NCBI GenBank assembly: GCA_024679065.1
Contig: JAGIQG010000019.1
Coordinates: forward strand, 11,966,001 to 12,030,000
DNA length: 64,000 nucleotides
Origin: Sphyrna mokarran
Lineage: Eukaryota
Reading direction: 5' to 3'
The translations under genes were made by a program, and so were the position numbers. The number at the start of each line of letters is the position of its first letter. Positions within the stretch are counted from its first letter, which is position 1. Under the pieces are notes generated by a model. That model did no database searches, was not told the origin of the DNA, and was given only the letters and a program-made list of their open reading frames with translations. Positions 11,541-24,809 of this stretch are shown here, piece by piece.

Positions 11541-13484
11541 ATTGTCTCAAATTTGGTTTTTAATCCATTGATCTATAAACATGGACAGGGATCGCGGGTA
11601 GAGGTGGGAACATCGAGATGGTGGCGTGGGCTCGTTGGGCCGAAGGGCCTGTTTCCCGTGCTGTTTTGTTCTTTGCACTGCCATTCGCATTGCATGAAGA
11701 ACAGACTCAAGTGACCAGGAGAATCGAGTCCAAAAACAAAAGCTTAAAAGGTATGCGAATCAGTCTTTGGCATGTTCATGAGTAGATGGTGAAACGTTGT
11801 AGCTGTTAAATTGGGTGATTCCAGTATCGCTGACTTCAGCGGTTGGTTTGGAGATTTTTGGTTCTTCATATTAGCTGAAAAGACTTGTCCTGTTTCCTTC
11901 TCGACTACGAATTTGCTTTCAACCAGCTAGAGGCTTTTCACCTGCAACAACAGCAACATTCTCAGCTGTGACCTTCACAGCACCCACTAGCAACTGGAAT
12001 ATCAGACAAGGACACAAACCAAGCTTTCAATTGGTTTTCAAGCCCTTTTCTTGTATATGTCTGGAAGGGGAGAACAAACATATCTGGGATGCAACTTAAA
12101 AGGTGGTTACTGCTGAGATGATAATCAGCATCCATTACCTCCACAGGAGATTATAGTTCAATTTTTGCATTCATTTCTTCATTTGAACTTTGTACAAAAA
12201 AGTTGCAAGATTTGAGTCTCTCTCAAGACTGGATATAATCCACTAGGTAACCAACAAGTGGTTACTTTGTAATCTTAGTTGTTTTTTAATAAAAGGACAT
12301 TTCAGCAAAAACTATGTCATACTTAAAGGTTCAATGTATTCATACGTGATTAGGGGTTATCATCCTTTGCCATGACAGAATTCTGAGTTCTGTAACAAGC
12401 ACAATGCAACTCCATCCTTATGCTATGCAATACAGGCTTTCCATTGAGAGAATCAGTAGTTTAATTTAGAGACGGTTAAGTGTACATGTATATAATTTTG
12501 TGTATCAGATATTCAGCTGACCAGGAATAAAAATAAAGATTCTTTAATTAGAAGCTGCACTAGAACAATCCAAAGTCAAAGTACCTCTATAAACAAGTTA
12601 AAAATAAAGTTATCAGATGGTGTGATGACTATTTCATAAACTCCCTCCAGTCACTTGACAATTAGTCCATCAGCTTCTAAACCAGCAAGTGTTTTGCTGC
12701 CTTACTCTTTCCAATCGAGATGAAGCCTTAACGCTAAGTGTTAGCTGCATGTTCTCAGTTGTCATTAAAAGGGCCATTACTTCAAGAGAATGCTATTTCA
12801 AGAAACACTACAGATTTCAAATACAATGCCACGCGAAATAGTCTTACAGCCCATTAAATCTTTGCTAATGGTTTCCTCTTCGAGTGTTCCCTCTCCAAAT
12901 TCTCCCCATGCCCTTGAATATTTCTCTTTTGAGCAAGTGTCCTTTTAAAAGGAGTTTATGGAGTGTACTTCAGTGACAATTTGTGATAGAGAATATCACA
13001 TTCTCAGCACAAGATTCTTTGTACGATTATTCCTTTCATTTACAATCACGTCAACCGGTGAAAACAATCCATCACAATTTACCCCATCGTAACCGTGCAG
13101 AAAATTACCCCTTCAATTTATTTTGGTGTTGCAGATGAGATCCTGGTGTAAACTCATCATTACCGGGTAGCTTTCATACTCAATGCTCATTTTGATGGAA
13201 ATGGGCTTGGGGAATACATTTCATTTTGGGAGGGAGCCGAGATACAGGAACTTCATTAGCAAGAGGTCACTTCCCAAATGATGTGAGGCAACATTGATAT
13301 AAATTATGCAGCTCTGTAAATCATACGCACTGTCACACATCATATCTCTCAGAACAATGCAAATATGTTAGGGTGAATTATTTTAAAATTAGGTCAGTTA
13401 TACAGAACTTTTCTCTATTTAGCTTTTGAGGTGGAGATAATTTGCTGGAACTCAAGGGAAAAAACAAGTTGGTCATCAACAACA

Positions 13485-13785
13485 GGGGCGGCACGGTGGT
13501 TAGCATTGCTGCCTCACAGCACCAAGGATCTGAGTTCAATTCTAACATTGGTGAGTATGGAATTTGCATGTTCTCCCCATGTATGCGGGTTTCCTCTTGT
13601 GTGCTGTGGTTCCCTCCCACAGTCCAAAGATGAGAGAGTCAGGTTGATTAGCTATACTAAATTGTCCAAGAGGACTAGCAGGGTAAATAATGTGGGGTTA
13701 GGGTGATGGGGCTTGGATGGATTGTGACTGGTGCAGACTCAATGGGCTGAACGGCCTTCTTCTGCACTGTAAGGATTCTATTATA
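13485..13785 (+). mobile_element. HE1-like V-SINE (CR1-type tail)
   Basis: gggcggcacggtggttagcattgctgcctcacagc...ctgcactgtaaggattcta. Confidence 0.9.
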
Positions 13786-13979
13786 GAATAGACAACATAT
13801 GGTTTGCAGAAGGATTGTATTTAATGGGCTATGTGGACTTTAACTCCGTGCTTCCCTCGATAATTGAAAAGGGCTTGTTAAACACATCATGGTAATATTT
13901 CAAACAATCATTGTGAATATACAGCAATTCCCACAACAAGTGTTTTATATTTTCCATTATATCTCAGTCAGAGAAATAC

Positions 13980-14455
13980 AACCTGTTTCCATGCTGTTCG
14001 GCCCACCTGATCCATGCTGCCCTCCCAGCTATTCCCAATTGCCAGTGTTTGGCCCATATCTCTAACCCTTTCCCATCCACGTACGTATCCAAATGCTTTT
14101 TAAAGTTGCTATTGCGCCTGCCTCAGCCACTTTCTCTGGCAGCTCATTCCACATATGCACCATCCTCTGTATGAAGTACTTGCCCATCAGGTCCCTCTTA
14201 AACCTTTCCCCTCACCTTGGACCTACGCCCTCTAGGTTTCAACTCCCCTTGCCTGGGAAAAGAGATTGTCGCTGGAATTCTACGCTCCATCCACCCCCGG
14301 AATCGGGGTGGGTGAAGGGCAGACAATAGAAATGTCCATTGTACTAGGGCGGGATTTTACAGTCATGCTCGAGCAAGGCTGTAAAATCCTGCCCTGTGTT
14401 CATCCTATCGATATCCCTCATGATTTTATACACTTCAATACGGTCATGCCATTTA
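13980..14455 (-). mobile_element. CR1 3' fragment interrupted by a ~125-bp hairpin-ended element
   Basis: ggcagctcattccacatatgcaccatcctctgtatgaag is the reverse of the CR1 'F.QRMV..WNELP' segment. Confidence 0.7.
14271..14394 (+). mobile_element. ~125-bp non-autonomous element with terminal hairpin
   Basis: gctggaattcta...aaatgtccattg...gggcgggattttacag-loop-ctgtaaaatcctgccc; sister copy at 57012-57136. Confidence 0.55.
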
Positions 14456-15510
14456 TGGTATGTTTCCTTTGAATGTGAATGGAATGGAGGTGTGACAGAA
14501 TGGTTTATCATTTTGCACTTGCATCAGCCTTTTTCCATCAGATTAGTGAATTGAAGCAAGTATGTCCAGTCTTACGTTTCACAGAATAACCATCACACTG
14601 CATCTTCAGCGTAACATTATGGTGTTTTTATGGGGTTAATATGAAAACAGCATGAGGTCCTGACTCATCACAAAAAGCATCCGTTGCTGGCAATCCGCAT
14701 CTTCTTTAATTAATTGCGCAATCATTTCTCAAAATTTTGTAATCATTTTAATATCTGTGGTAATTTTCGCTAATTGCTAACTGAAAGACAAATTCACAAT
14801 GAATCACTTTAATAGTTTTCTGTTGAGCCTGAAACTAATTAGACTGGCAGTCAGTCCAGCCTGGAACAGAACTCCCACTGGATAATTTACACTCCCCCCT
14901 CCACAGACATTAATACTTCAGCCTTACTGAGTTCCTGAAAATTCTTGGCACCGTCTCCGAAATACCTCACGAGGAAAAGGGAGCAGGGAATTCAAAACCA
15001 ACAAGGGAGTTCCAGACAATCATTTCTGATTTGTAACTCAGCATTTTTTCACATCACTGATCGCTGCACTTGAATGCTGGCAATTTTACACATGTTTTTC
15101 ACCTGCATTTAGCTGAACCACTTACCCCTTTGTGAATCTGCACTACAAGCCCATGCCTCAACTATCAGCTGTGAACCAATATGAAGGAGAAAATAGCTGC
15201 TCACAGCATGGGGCCCCATTCTGATTCTTGCCTCGGTTTAAAGGGCACAGTTGATGGTAGTGTTAGGGCATTCTAAATCCCAACAAGGAAACTTTTAATA
15301 CCTAGGTAAGATGCTCTTTCAGAGAGTCAGTGCAGATTTGATGGGCTGAATGGCCTTCTTCTGTACTGTGGGATTCTATATTTAATAAAACATAAAATAC
15401 ACAGCATAAAATTCAATAGAAACGTACCTAACTAATTAAATGGCTATACCTATTGGGGGCAGGGGGTGATATTTCCAATCCCGCCCACCATGGGAATTGT
15501 AGTAGGTGGG

Positions 15511-15634
15511 ATAACAGGATTTAGACGTGAGTGAATTTAAGGATACTGGGGAGGATTTTCCACTTTTGGGATGAGCACATCTGGAAAATCACACTCAGTA
15601 TCCTTAAATTCACTCAGGTCCAAATCCCTTTATT
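15511..15634. repeat. Imperfect ~50-bp inverted repeat
   Basis: ggatttagacgtgagtgaatttaaggatactg...ttttcca / tggaaaatc...cagtatccttaaattcactcaggtccaaatcc. Confidence 0.85.
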
Positions 15635-16304
15635 TCCCCCGACTTCCCCCAAACAACATTCCATGAGTTTTTAAAACTATAGGCAAAAATCCAGTAACAG
15701 CTACCACATCAGGCACATACATTTCTACAGTTGTTTCTGATTTAGGGGACAGTAACTGGTTGCTTAACAGGCTTACCAAAGATACAGCTTTTTGGGAGTT
15801 CCTACAACTTTCTCTTGCTGTGGGCTAAGTTCTCAAAGCAGCTAACTTGCACAGATTAAATTTGCTCCTGATAGGCCATTTTCCTTGTCAATCTTCCTTT
15901 ATCTGAAGGAACCTCCTCAGACATTTCACAATTTTTAGAATATAAACGGAAAAATTCACAGCTCCTCTCCTTTGAGCTTCTAACACTTTGTACGTGTCCC
16001 TTGACATTCTATTCTCCATTGTTACCAACTTGCCTTAGGTAATATCTATTTCCAGTGTCTCTTGTCAATATCAAATGCATAGTTCTACCAATTCAGCCAA
16101 ACTGTCTCTACCACTACAGTTTCCATTTTTAAATAGTTAAAAAAATACATACCCAGCAGAACTCATTCCCAAATACTTAATTCCCTCGACTTTTCACGTT
16201 ATCACAATTTCCTCATGCCTTGTACTAGGCATGAGGTAAATTGTTTTTATCTTAAAAATGTATATTCAATAATTGTTAACATAGAATGACATAGCAGAGA
16301 AATA

Positions 16305-16575
16305 AACTAAGTCTACTTATTAGTGTCACATGTAGGCTTGCATTAACCCTGCAATGAAGTTAGTGAAAATAGCCTCGTCGCCCAAACTCTGGCATGTGTC
16401 CGGATACACAGAGGAAGAATTTAGCATGGCCAACGCAAGTAACCAGCACATCTTTCGAACTACGGGAAGAAACCCAAACTGACGTGCAGATTCCGCACAA
16501 ATTGTGACCAAGCCAGGAATCGAACCCAAGTCCCTGGCTTTGTGAGGCAGCAGTAAACATTCCACAACCATACCA
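16305..16575 (-). mobile_element. V-SINE, tail type B
   Basis: ttattagtgtcacatgtaggcttgcattaac...ctttgtgaggcagcag. Confidence 0.8.
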
Positions 16576-17084
16576 TCAATTCAGAAATAACTATTATTCA
16601 GGTTTAACTGAGGGAGGGGAAGAGTTATAGCAGAGTGAATGGTGTCTAGGTCCAAAAGATTGGGTATTATTTACTGACATTTATTACCTTATCTTAGCAA
16701 GATTGAACACAGTGTAGACTGCAATCTGACGGTCACAATATTTTACCAGAATATCAGAGGAACATTTCATATGCTATGCACACGAGTGCAATAAGATTGG
16801 CACTTGTCAATATGCTACAAGGCCAACCTTGTGGCAAGTCCTGATGTTTGCCCTAATTATCTATTCATGAAAGCTGTAAGCTTTCAAAGTTTTTCAGTCA
16901 AAGTTGCAGTGACTTCAAAGACAACTGACTGCATTTGGTTAAAAATCATTAAGAATATAAATATTTAAAATGTATCTTTCAGCATCAGAAAGGATCTGAA
17001 GGAAATCAGTGGCCTACGAAAAAAAATCAGAAGAGGACAGGCCATGGAGAAGGATGGTCAGCCTTGTTGAAGTGAGGCTTTTAA

Positions 17085-17345
17085 GTTGAAATTTATTATT
17101 GTCATTAGGCTAACATTAACACTGCAACGAAGAATCCCCTGGTCCCCGCATACCTGCTTGGGTACACAGAGGAGAATTTTTTTTTTTTTAAGCATGGCCA
17201 ACGCACCTAACCACCATGTTTTTATGACTGTGGGAAGAAATCAGAGCATCTGGAGGAAACCCATGCAGACACAGGCAGAATGGGCCACTGTGGGGAGTCT
17301 ACACAGTCGTGAATCAAACTTGGGTCCCTGGTTCTGTGAGGCACA
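17085..17345 (-). mobile_element. V-SINE, tail type B (divergent)
   Basis: tttattattgtcattaggctaacattaacactgcaacgaag...ggaaacccatgcagacacag. Confidence 0.7.
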
Positions 17346-18604
17346 CATGTGCTGCCCAGGAGAATGGTATGGTGGATTATCACTGTCAGAGTCATATTGA
17401 GTTATTATTAGGGTTTGCTAATGTGGCAGCAATGGAAGTGTTACAGGGAGATTGAAGTAAGGGGTTGGACTTTGCCACCCAGCATTGGGCAAATCCATGT
17501 GTGTCAGCTGAAAATGGAAGCGAGGTGGCCTCCAATTCAAATTTCCTATGCAATTCCTGCACTTTTGATTGGCAAGCAAACCACGGCTGATAAACATTCA
17601 AGTGTGGTCAGGGTCGACATTTTAGATGCCTGCCTGAAATCTTCCAGTGATTGCTATTTACAGTGTCGGTAATTTTGGAAAGCCTATGCGAAAGACACCA
17701 GATCAGTTGGATTGCAAACCCTGGGGAGAAACTTGGCTTGTCCAGAATCATTTGATAGGTAACTTTAAAGATTCAAATGTTATGATAGAAATGTATATAC
17801 ATGCTGTGATTCAAAGGCTCTGTCTTTAAAAGACAAGTGACCCACAAAACTGACCTTGATTGTTTTCAAGTTTACATGCATTAAGGTACTTTATCCAGCA
17901 GATCAAGTGTTTCTCTGCATACAACAGTATTTAGCTGATTTTAATGAGTCATTTGGACAGTGTACTTTGACTTAAAGGGCTGCAGAGTCTTTTGAAAAAA
18001 ACAGCTGCTAAACCTTTGATTGAAACCCCATCCGATGAGTTGATAAAAGAAACAGATAGCAGGCCATCTGGTTTGGCAACTTCAAATACTCTATTGAGTA
18101 CTGTAGTGTTTATTTAGTTGCGTAATATTGTGAAGGATTACCATAAGGCTATATTCTAAATCCCAATGGATTTAGTTCAGTATGGTTTTCTTTTTTTAAA
18201 AAGAGCTGTGGAAGGGTTGTATGCCTTGTTTGACTAGCTGCTTATAAAACTGCCAATAGGATTAAATTGAGGTTTTGAATGGCTATTTATTTATTTTGAC
18301 AGATTAATGAGCATTGCAGAAGAGAGCTTTTTCAAGCAGAAGCCAATGGTTAATGGTCACTACTGTTGGTGTCCATGCCTTCAGTTGCCTGGCCCTGAGC
18401 TGTGGAATTCCTCACTAGCTCTTTCCTGATTTAAGGCACTAGTTGCAATCGACTCCATGTTTGATTAACAGTTTTATGAGCTACTGAAAAGGAACAATTG
18501 TTCATCTGGGGTTTCAGTGGATGATTTTTTTTAAATTCAAGATCATGTCAAAGACTTCCCAGTTTTATTGTACAACTCATGAGTTCTGTCTAGAGTGGAT
18601 AAAA

Positions 18605-18950
18605 AAATTTATTTGAAGGATGTGGGCATTACTGGCTCACCCAAAATTTATTACCCCATCTGAGGGCATTGAAGCGTCAACCACATCCTGTGGATCTGAA
18701 GTCACATGTAGGCCAGACCAAGAACAATTTCCTTCCCTAAAGGACATTTAGTGAAGGAAATGGGTTTTTAATGACAATTGGCAATGCTTTGATGGTCATC
18801 ATTTGACTTTACTTCCAACTTTTTTATTGAATTCAAAGTTCACCTTCTGCCATAGTGAGATTGAAATCCAGGTTCTCAGAGTATGGGTTTAGAACATAGA
18901 ACATGGTTTCAGATAGTCCAGTGACAATATCACTATGCTGTAGCCTCCTC
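18605..18950. mobile_element. Interspersed repeat (short LINE-3'-end/SINE-like family; also ~42275-42590, ~47275-47480)
   Basis: Shared gatgtgggcat(t/c)actggct...gtcacatgtagg...aaggacatt(t)agtgaa...atgggttttta blocks. Confidence 0.6.
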
Positions 18951-19479
18951 CAGTGAATGGGTACGGAGGGGATATTGAGAGTGCGACAGTATGGAGCCGG
19001 CACGGAAGGGGATGAGTAATGATTTAGGACAAAGGTTCAGAGGCAAAACAGTTAACTCTCACGAGGCTGCCCTCCTGAAGGGAGAGGGGGAAGGGGACTG
19101 TTGCAGATCAGACAGAAACATTAGCTGTGGACAGTGTGTAATCAGTTGAACTCAGTCAGCTTCACTCAGGAATTTTAAACTTCCTACTCTGGTCTTCAAA
19201 TACTTGTCCCTCCTTATCCTGGTCACCTCCTACAATCCTTTGAGATTTCCAAGTCTGGCATCTTGTGCATACCCGATTTTCATCACTACCATGCCTTTTA
19301 GTTGCCTGAACTGAGCCTTGCTATCTCTTTTTCCCAATTTAAGACTCTGTTGACTCAATCAAGCTTTTGGCCATAATCCATGTCCTTAGCATTCAAATTT
19401 TGTCTGTTGTTGCTCCTATGAAGATCACTGTTTTACATTTTGCTATATCAAAGGCATTGTATAAATGCAAGTTGTTACA

Positions 19480-19645
19480 GCACTCTCTGCAGTGTCAGAG
19501 AGCCCTGGCTTCTGGATCTTATTCCAGGGTTGTGCACATAATCCAGGCTGACAGTTCAGTGCTGTCAAGGAATGCTGCGCTGACGAAAGATGCCGTCTTT
19601 TGCACGAGATGTTTCACTTAGGTCCCATCTGTGTGTTCTACTGAA
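19480..19645 (+). mobile_element. Deu-domain SINE 5' fragment
   Basis: cacataatccaggctgacag...gctgcgctgacgaaagatgccgtctttt...gagatgtt. Confidence 0.55.
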
Positions 19646-20420
19646 CATAGACAGGTCCCCTGGGACTGCCAAACATGTCAAAGATGTGTTGTACAGGGCA
19701 TTGCAGTGCTGGAACCTACCATGTAAACAAGAACCCTTCCATTCTTTACTCACTGGACTTGTATGAGTGACATTTCAAGTTTTAAAATTATAAGTTAGTG
19801 TTTTGCAATAGCTTCATTAAGAGTTTATGTATTATTGTATGGTAAAGATGGGGGTTTAATCTTGTTTCTCCCAATTAGGTGGAAGCTGATTTTAAATGTC
19901 CTTTTCCTGACAAGCATTTCAGACTTTTCAAAGCACAGCACACTCCATGACAATAAGCTGCTGACAGATGTAAATTAACATCAGTGCTCACTGAGCATCT
20001 GATTTATTCTCTGTGGATGCGACTAATTAGACCAAGGGCAAGATGCTTGGAATTACATTCAGTTGGCAATGCTTAACCCTTTCCCAGTCAGTGATAAGAC
20101 AAATCCCCCAGCATAGCACCGTCTACCCCTCCATCCTAGTGCTCTGAATTCATAGCGACAGAATACCAGCAGTGCAGAAAGCAGCCATTCAACCCATCGA
20201 CTCTGCGCTGATCACAATCTCACCCCCCACACTATCCCCATGATCCAAACACTTACCGTTCTAACGTTTACATCCTGGGACACAAAGGGGCAATAACCAA
20301 TCAACCTAACCCGCACATCTTTGATTATAAATTCTCAAATTTATTTCAAACATTTTCTAGCCTCTTAATTTCTCTGCTCTTCATTTAGTGAACATGCAGA
20401 GGATGGTCATTATTGAAAGA

Positions 20421-21287
20421 TTTTTAGGGTGGTTCTACCAGCCCACTGAGTTAATATTTTAGTGTGATGGGTTGGGAGATTCCAACAGTGCCTGATGTGC
20501 AGGGTCCAACTGAATGACATACCCCAATAGCATCTCAGCACCAGATTTCGGGCAACGCCAGCTCCACATGAGAAATCAGTGGTGAGGTGCATAAATATAA
20601 ATGTATATCTCCATATATTTTAAATATGATTAGCCAGCCCAGGACTTAAGTCTCCAGGCTCACTAATCTCCCCCACCACCCTTGCCAGAGTGATTCACTT
20701 GAGCAGGGATTACTATAGCCCCCCACTTTGAGTTGGTAGCCTGACCTGTGGAGTGAAGGGGGGAAATGGAGGCTCCCCTCCAGAGGATTGAGTGGCAGGG
20801 GCTTGGCACCACTGGCATTGCCAGCCAGCCCTGAGAAGGCAGGGCAGTCTGAGAGAGAGTGGAAGGTCCCACTGCCAGTCTGCACTTTGGAATCTAGCAG
20901 AGGGAGGTGGAGGGTGCAAGAGATGGAGATCAGGGCTGTGGGTGAGGGGGAGTAGTTAAGGCTGGGCCTGGGTATATATGGGGTGGAGGGGGGGGAAGGG
21001 CCATGGAATGCCAGGGGCTCAAAAGGCTGGGCAGCAATTGAACTAACCAGCAAATCGACAGGCACCGCTGTATATTGGCTTGTGCACATTGATCCACTCA
21101 GGGCTGCGCTGCTGGTCTCTCCATCAGGAATAGGCCCCACCACTGGTTTCTTGAGCAAATCATGCTGAAGTACTCCATACTGCACAGAGTATGGGAGATT
21201 CTTCTCTGAATTCCCACTAAGAAAAACAGTGATTAACTTATTTTCACACAAATTCAATATTTAGAATTTCGAGAGAATCCCAGCCTT
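20421..21287. mobile_element. Degenerate non-autonomous TIR-like DNA element
   Basis: Right end gagagaatcccagcc resembles the ggctggrattytcc-type termini seen elsewhere; G-rich interior explains spurious ORF 20646-21257. Confidence 0.4.
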
Positions 21288-21302
21288 TGGTTTAAAGTAC
21301 AG

Positions 21303-21607
21303 GGAGGTACAGTGGCACAATGGTTAGCATTGTTGCCTCAGTGCCAGGGACCTGGGTTCAATTCTGGGCTCAGGTGACTGTGTGGAGTTTACACATTCTC
21401 CCCATGTCTGCATGGATTTCTCCAGATGCTCTGATTTCTTCCAACATTTCAATGGGGAGAGAGTTAGGTTGATTGGACAGACTAAATTGTTTAGTGTCAG
21501 CAGGACTAACAGGTTAAATACATGGTCTTAGAGCCTGGATGGGATCATTGCCAGTACAGGTTCACAGGCTGAATGGCCTCCTTCTGTACTAGATAGAATC
21601 TATGTTT
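21303..21607 (+). mobile_element. HE1-like V-SINE
   Basis: Head, V-domain, ggctgaatggcctccttctgtact tail. Confidence 0.85.
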
Positions 21608-23932
21608 CAAAATATTAAAGTCTCTTTTTGACCAGCTAAAGGCCATTCAGCCCATCTTATTTATTCTATCCAGAGTCTAAAGTTTGTCAGGGCTGCGGCC
21701 CTCAGTCTGCTAAATATACATCTAATCCATACTGAGAATGAATCTCCTTGCAGCCACCCTCCATTTACATTTTAATAATTTGAAATTAATTCAAGGCCAA
21801 TATTCCACATTTCTTTTCCATCTCTGCTAACTATCTAATGTGCCTTCTTACAGGCAAAAAGGATGAGGTGCCCCACCCATTTCACATCACTCAGCAAGTC
21901 TTTGACAAGGATTCATCTTCTGGGTCTTCCCTGTGTTGCCTCCAGAATTTTAAAACCTCTCTCAGTATGATTTAAGAGAAATTTGATAGTGATCACCAGA
22001 CAAGTATCCAAAAGGCAAAAGGGAAATGAGATTAGGAATCAGATTTGAGTTAACAACAGCTCAAATGCTAGATTTCAATGCTGCCAATTCCATGTGCCAA
22101 CTTGTGAAATATTCTTGGCAGAGGAGTCAAAATGAGGTAAATATATCAGATCTCATGGATCAATACTATTCAGAATCCACTTTGTCGAAGTATAACATAG
22201 CCTTGTACCAGTAAGAGAGCAGTCTGATTACTCATGGGGGTTGGGTAGGTAATCAAACCAACCCCATTTGAAGAGTCTGAAGACTGGACTTTCTGGCATT
22301 ATATATTTATCTAATAGTGCAGTCACACAAGGCTAGGCTCCAGAGAGTCAACTGGAAAGGAATCTAGAGATGAGACCTGAAGGGATACATTGTGTTGACC
22401 CACCTGGAGTCTGAAGCTACTTCAATGTGGGCAGCCAGAGAAGCAATAAGGCAACAGAAGATAGTCTTTATTACTTCCTGAAGGAGCAAAACTATGAAAC
22501 CTCAAAGCAGTAAAGCCTTTGCTTTTACTAGCCAAAGAAAATTACTGTATAGGAGACTAGGCAACAAGGAGGTCTTCATAAAGTCCCACCCCACTTCCCT
22601 TCACCAACAGCTCCACTGTCTATTCCATCACATCATGGTTCTCACATGGGTGATATGGTCAAGTGCAGACCCTCTGGGAGCTCCATTGGTGGAAAGGTGA
22701 AGGGGGTGGTTCCAAGGCAGGATGGAACCCCTTATCTGTGGGGGATACTGCCCCAGTGCTGTGGGAAGGAGATTCACTTTAGTTATAACACATGGTTACC
22801 CCAGTACCTGTCAATTGGTGGTTGGGGTCCCCCTTAACCAAAGTTAGCTCCAGTGTACCTTGTTGATCCTCCATAAGGAATTCTTCAGTCATAGGCAATA
22901 AAAAAAATTACAACTCATAAATCAAAGGAAAAGGTTTAGTTTAAAAAAAAAATTAATTATTCCAACACATATCACTATGAATCTTTCCAAGCTCACCCCA
23001 CCCATTCCCAACATATTCTGATTTATACTGAATCAGCTGGTCAGCTGACCACCACATCAATTTGTCATTGGTTACATAGTTTACTGGGTCAGCTGATCCT
23101 TACACCTTGTTACCATTGGTCACACTACAACAGATACAATCTTATCATTCAAACACTTCTGGAATGAGGGAAGAGGGGGCTGGCATGTTTCCCGTGTCCA
23201 TTGCGGGGGCAAAGTTTTGTTTTAATGCAAGCCGGAGTGCCCCACCAAGCCAGAGTTGTCAGCAAGATGGCAAAATCTGTACCCTCAGGTTTTCAGTGCA
23301 CAGAGCCAGAGGTTCTGGCAGGAAAGCTCGGGTGTGCAATTGCAGAGCTGTGCACTGGTTGCCTTGCTCCAGCCAGCACTGTGTGAACAAGGCTGCAAAA
23401 TTCCACCCCTTGTCTCTGAACCAGTAGCTCCAGGATCAGGTGCCATCCCAAGACAGGACTTCATGGCCAAGGAAAGTGTGCTCATAGCATGGTGAAGCAG
23501 AAATTTGCAATTTGCAAATCCTTCTGACAAACACTAAGGACAGGCAATGCGAGTAGGAGAGATCCCAGGACTGCAGCAGTTCAAGAAGACAGCTCGCCAC
23601 TACCTTCTCACGGGATATTGGAGAGGGGCAATAAATACTGGCCTAACCAGTACCATGCACATCTCATGAATTAATGTAATAAAAAAGCCAAATGTTGGAA
23701 AAAAAAGAGCCTCCACCATCACCCACAGCTCCAGGCTACAATATGCATATAAAGTGCATATTTCCACAGTAATTTGGACTCCCTGAGTGAACTGTAACAC
23801 ACTGCCAGAGAATAATGAATTATATTACAATAAGCAAGATCAAATTATACATTCTTGTCAAATTTTTGCCTGTGCCTTTTTTCCACTGGGGCCAATCAGA
23901 AATCTGGTCCAAAGCAGAAGGAAATCCAGTGA

Positions 23933-24070
23933 GATTTGGGGAATGACTGCAATGTTCTAAACTGCACTTGTGCACCTTAAAATGGAACTCTAATCCAGGC
24001 CAGCTCCAGTCAGAGTTCCATTTTAAGGTGCACAAGTGCAGTTTAGAACATTGCAGTCATTCCCCAAATC
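23933..24070. repeat. Perfect 59-bp inverted repeat with 20-nt spacer
   Basis: 23933-23991 is the exact reverse complement of 24012-24070 by eye; mirrored ORFs share MCTLKWNS and EFHFKVHKCSLEHCSHSPN. Confidence 0.95.
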
Positions 24071-24469
24071 CTGCTGCTCTTTTTCTTTCCAGGAACTCAT
24101 TTATGTTGCAAATGGACACAGCCGTGAAAGAGATCATGCAGTTTAAAATTTAAATTGGTCTTCCCAGTTAATGCAGGCTTCCTGAAATGCTATTTTCTTT
24201 TTATTGGCCCAGAAGGATGCATTAAACCTTCCAGCTCATTTCATAAAAATTAATTTTTTATGAAAGATTCCACTTCCAAAGGGGGTTTGGCACCGCAGTA
24301 GATTCTGTAGAGATATACACTCTCCTTGCTTAAGCAGGGATCTGAAAAAGCCGAGAGTTTGTGAAGGGCACCACAGGTTTACACATTATTACTGTTTCAC
24401 TTCAAAGCCAAAATACAACATCAGAAAGATACACTGAAAAGGATTGTTATAGCAGTGTGAATGTTCTTA

Positions 24470-24705
24470 CAGTATATAACAGGCTGACTCATGAACTGAT
24501 TCCCTGCTGCTATCAGACTATTGAATGGACCTACATTGCCTTAAGCTGATCTTTCTCTATACCTATGACTGTAACATGATATTCTGCACCCTCTCCTTTC
24601 CTTCTCAGCTGTGTACTCTACGAACAGAATGCTTTGTATAACGTGCAAGAAACAATACTTTTCATGTATCTCGATACATTTGACCACAACAAATCAAATC
24701 AAATT
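24470..24705 (+). mobile_element. Rex1/Babar-like LINE 3' end
   Basis: ttccctgctgctatcagactattgaatgga (FPAAIRLLN) plus tail ...caacaaatcaaatcaaa. Confidence 0.7.
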
Positions 24706-24809
24706 GATTCGTAAATCAGGTTGTTTTGGGCAGGGCAGAATATGCAACACAATTCCTGTATTAACATTTCAGGTCAATGACCTCTGCTAAAAAAGAAATG
24801 CCAGCGACT

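Noticed and set aside
13485-13560. tRNA gene-like A/B boxes at SINE heads
   Set aside because: No complete cloverleaf; continues into V-SINE body
15770-16110. Possible ERV gag-like remnant on minus strand
   Set aside because: Only a faint WP..F.L resemblance with many stops; cannot support
16204-16244. Small hairpin (also 56682-56718)
   Set aside because: 10-17-bp stems with no family or functional context; insufficient on their own
20646-21257. 203-aa Pro/Ser-rich ORF
   Set aside because: Antisense of a G-rich repeat interior; no splice or domain support
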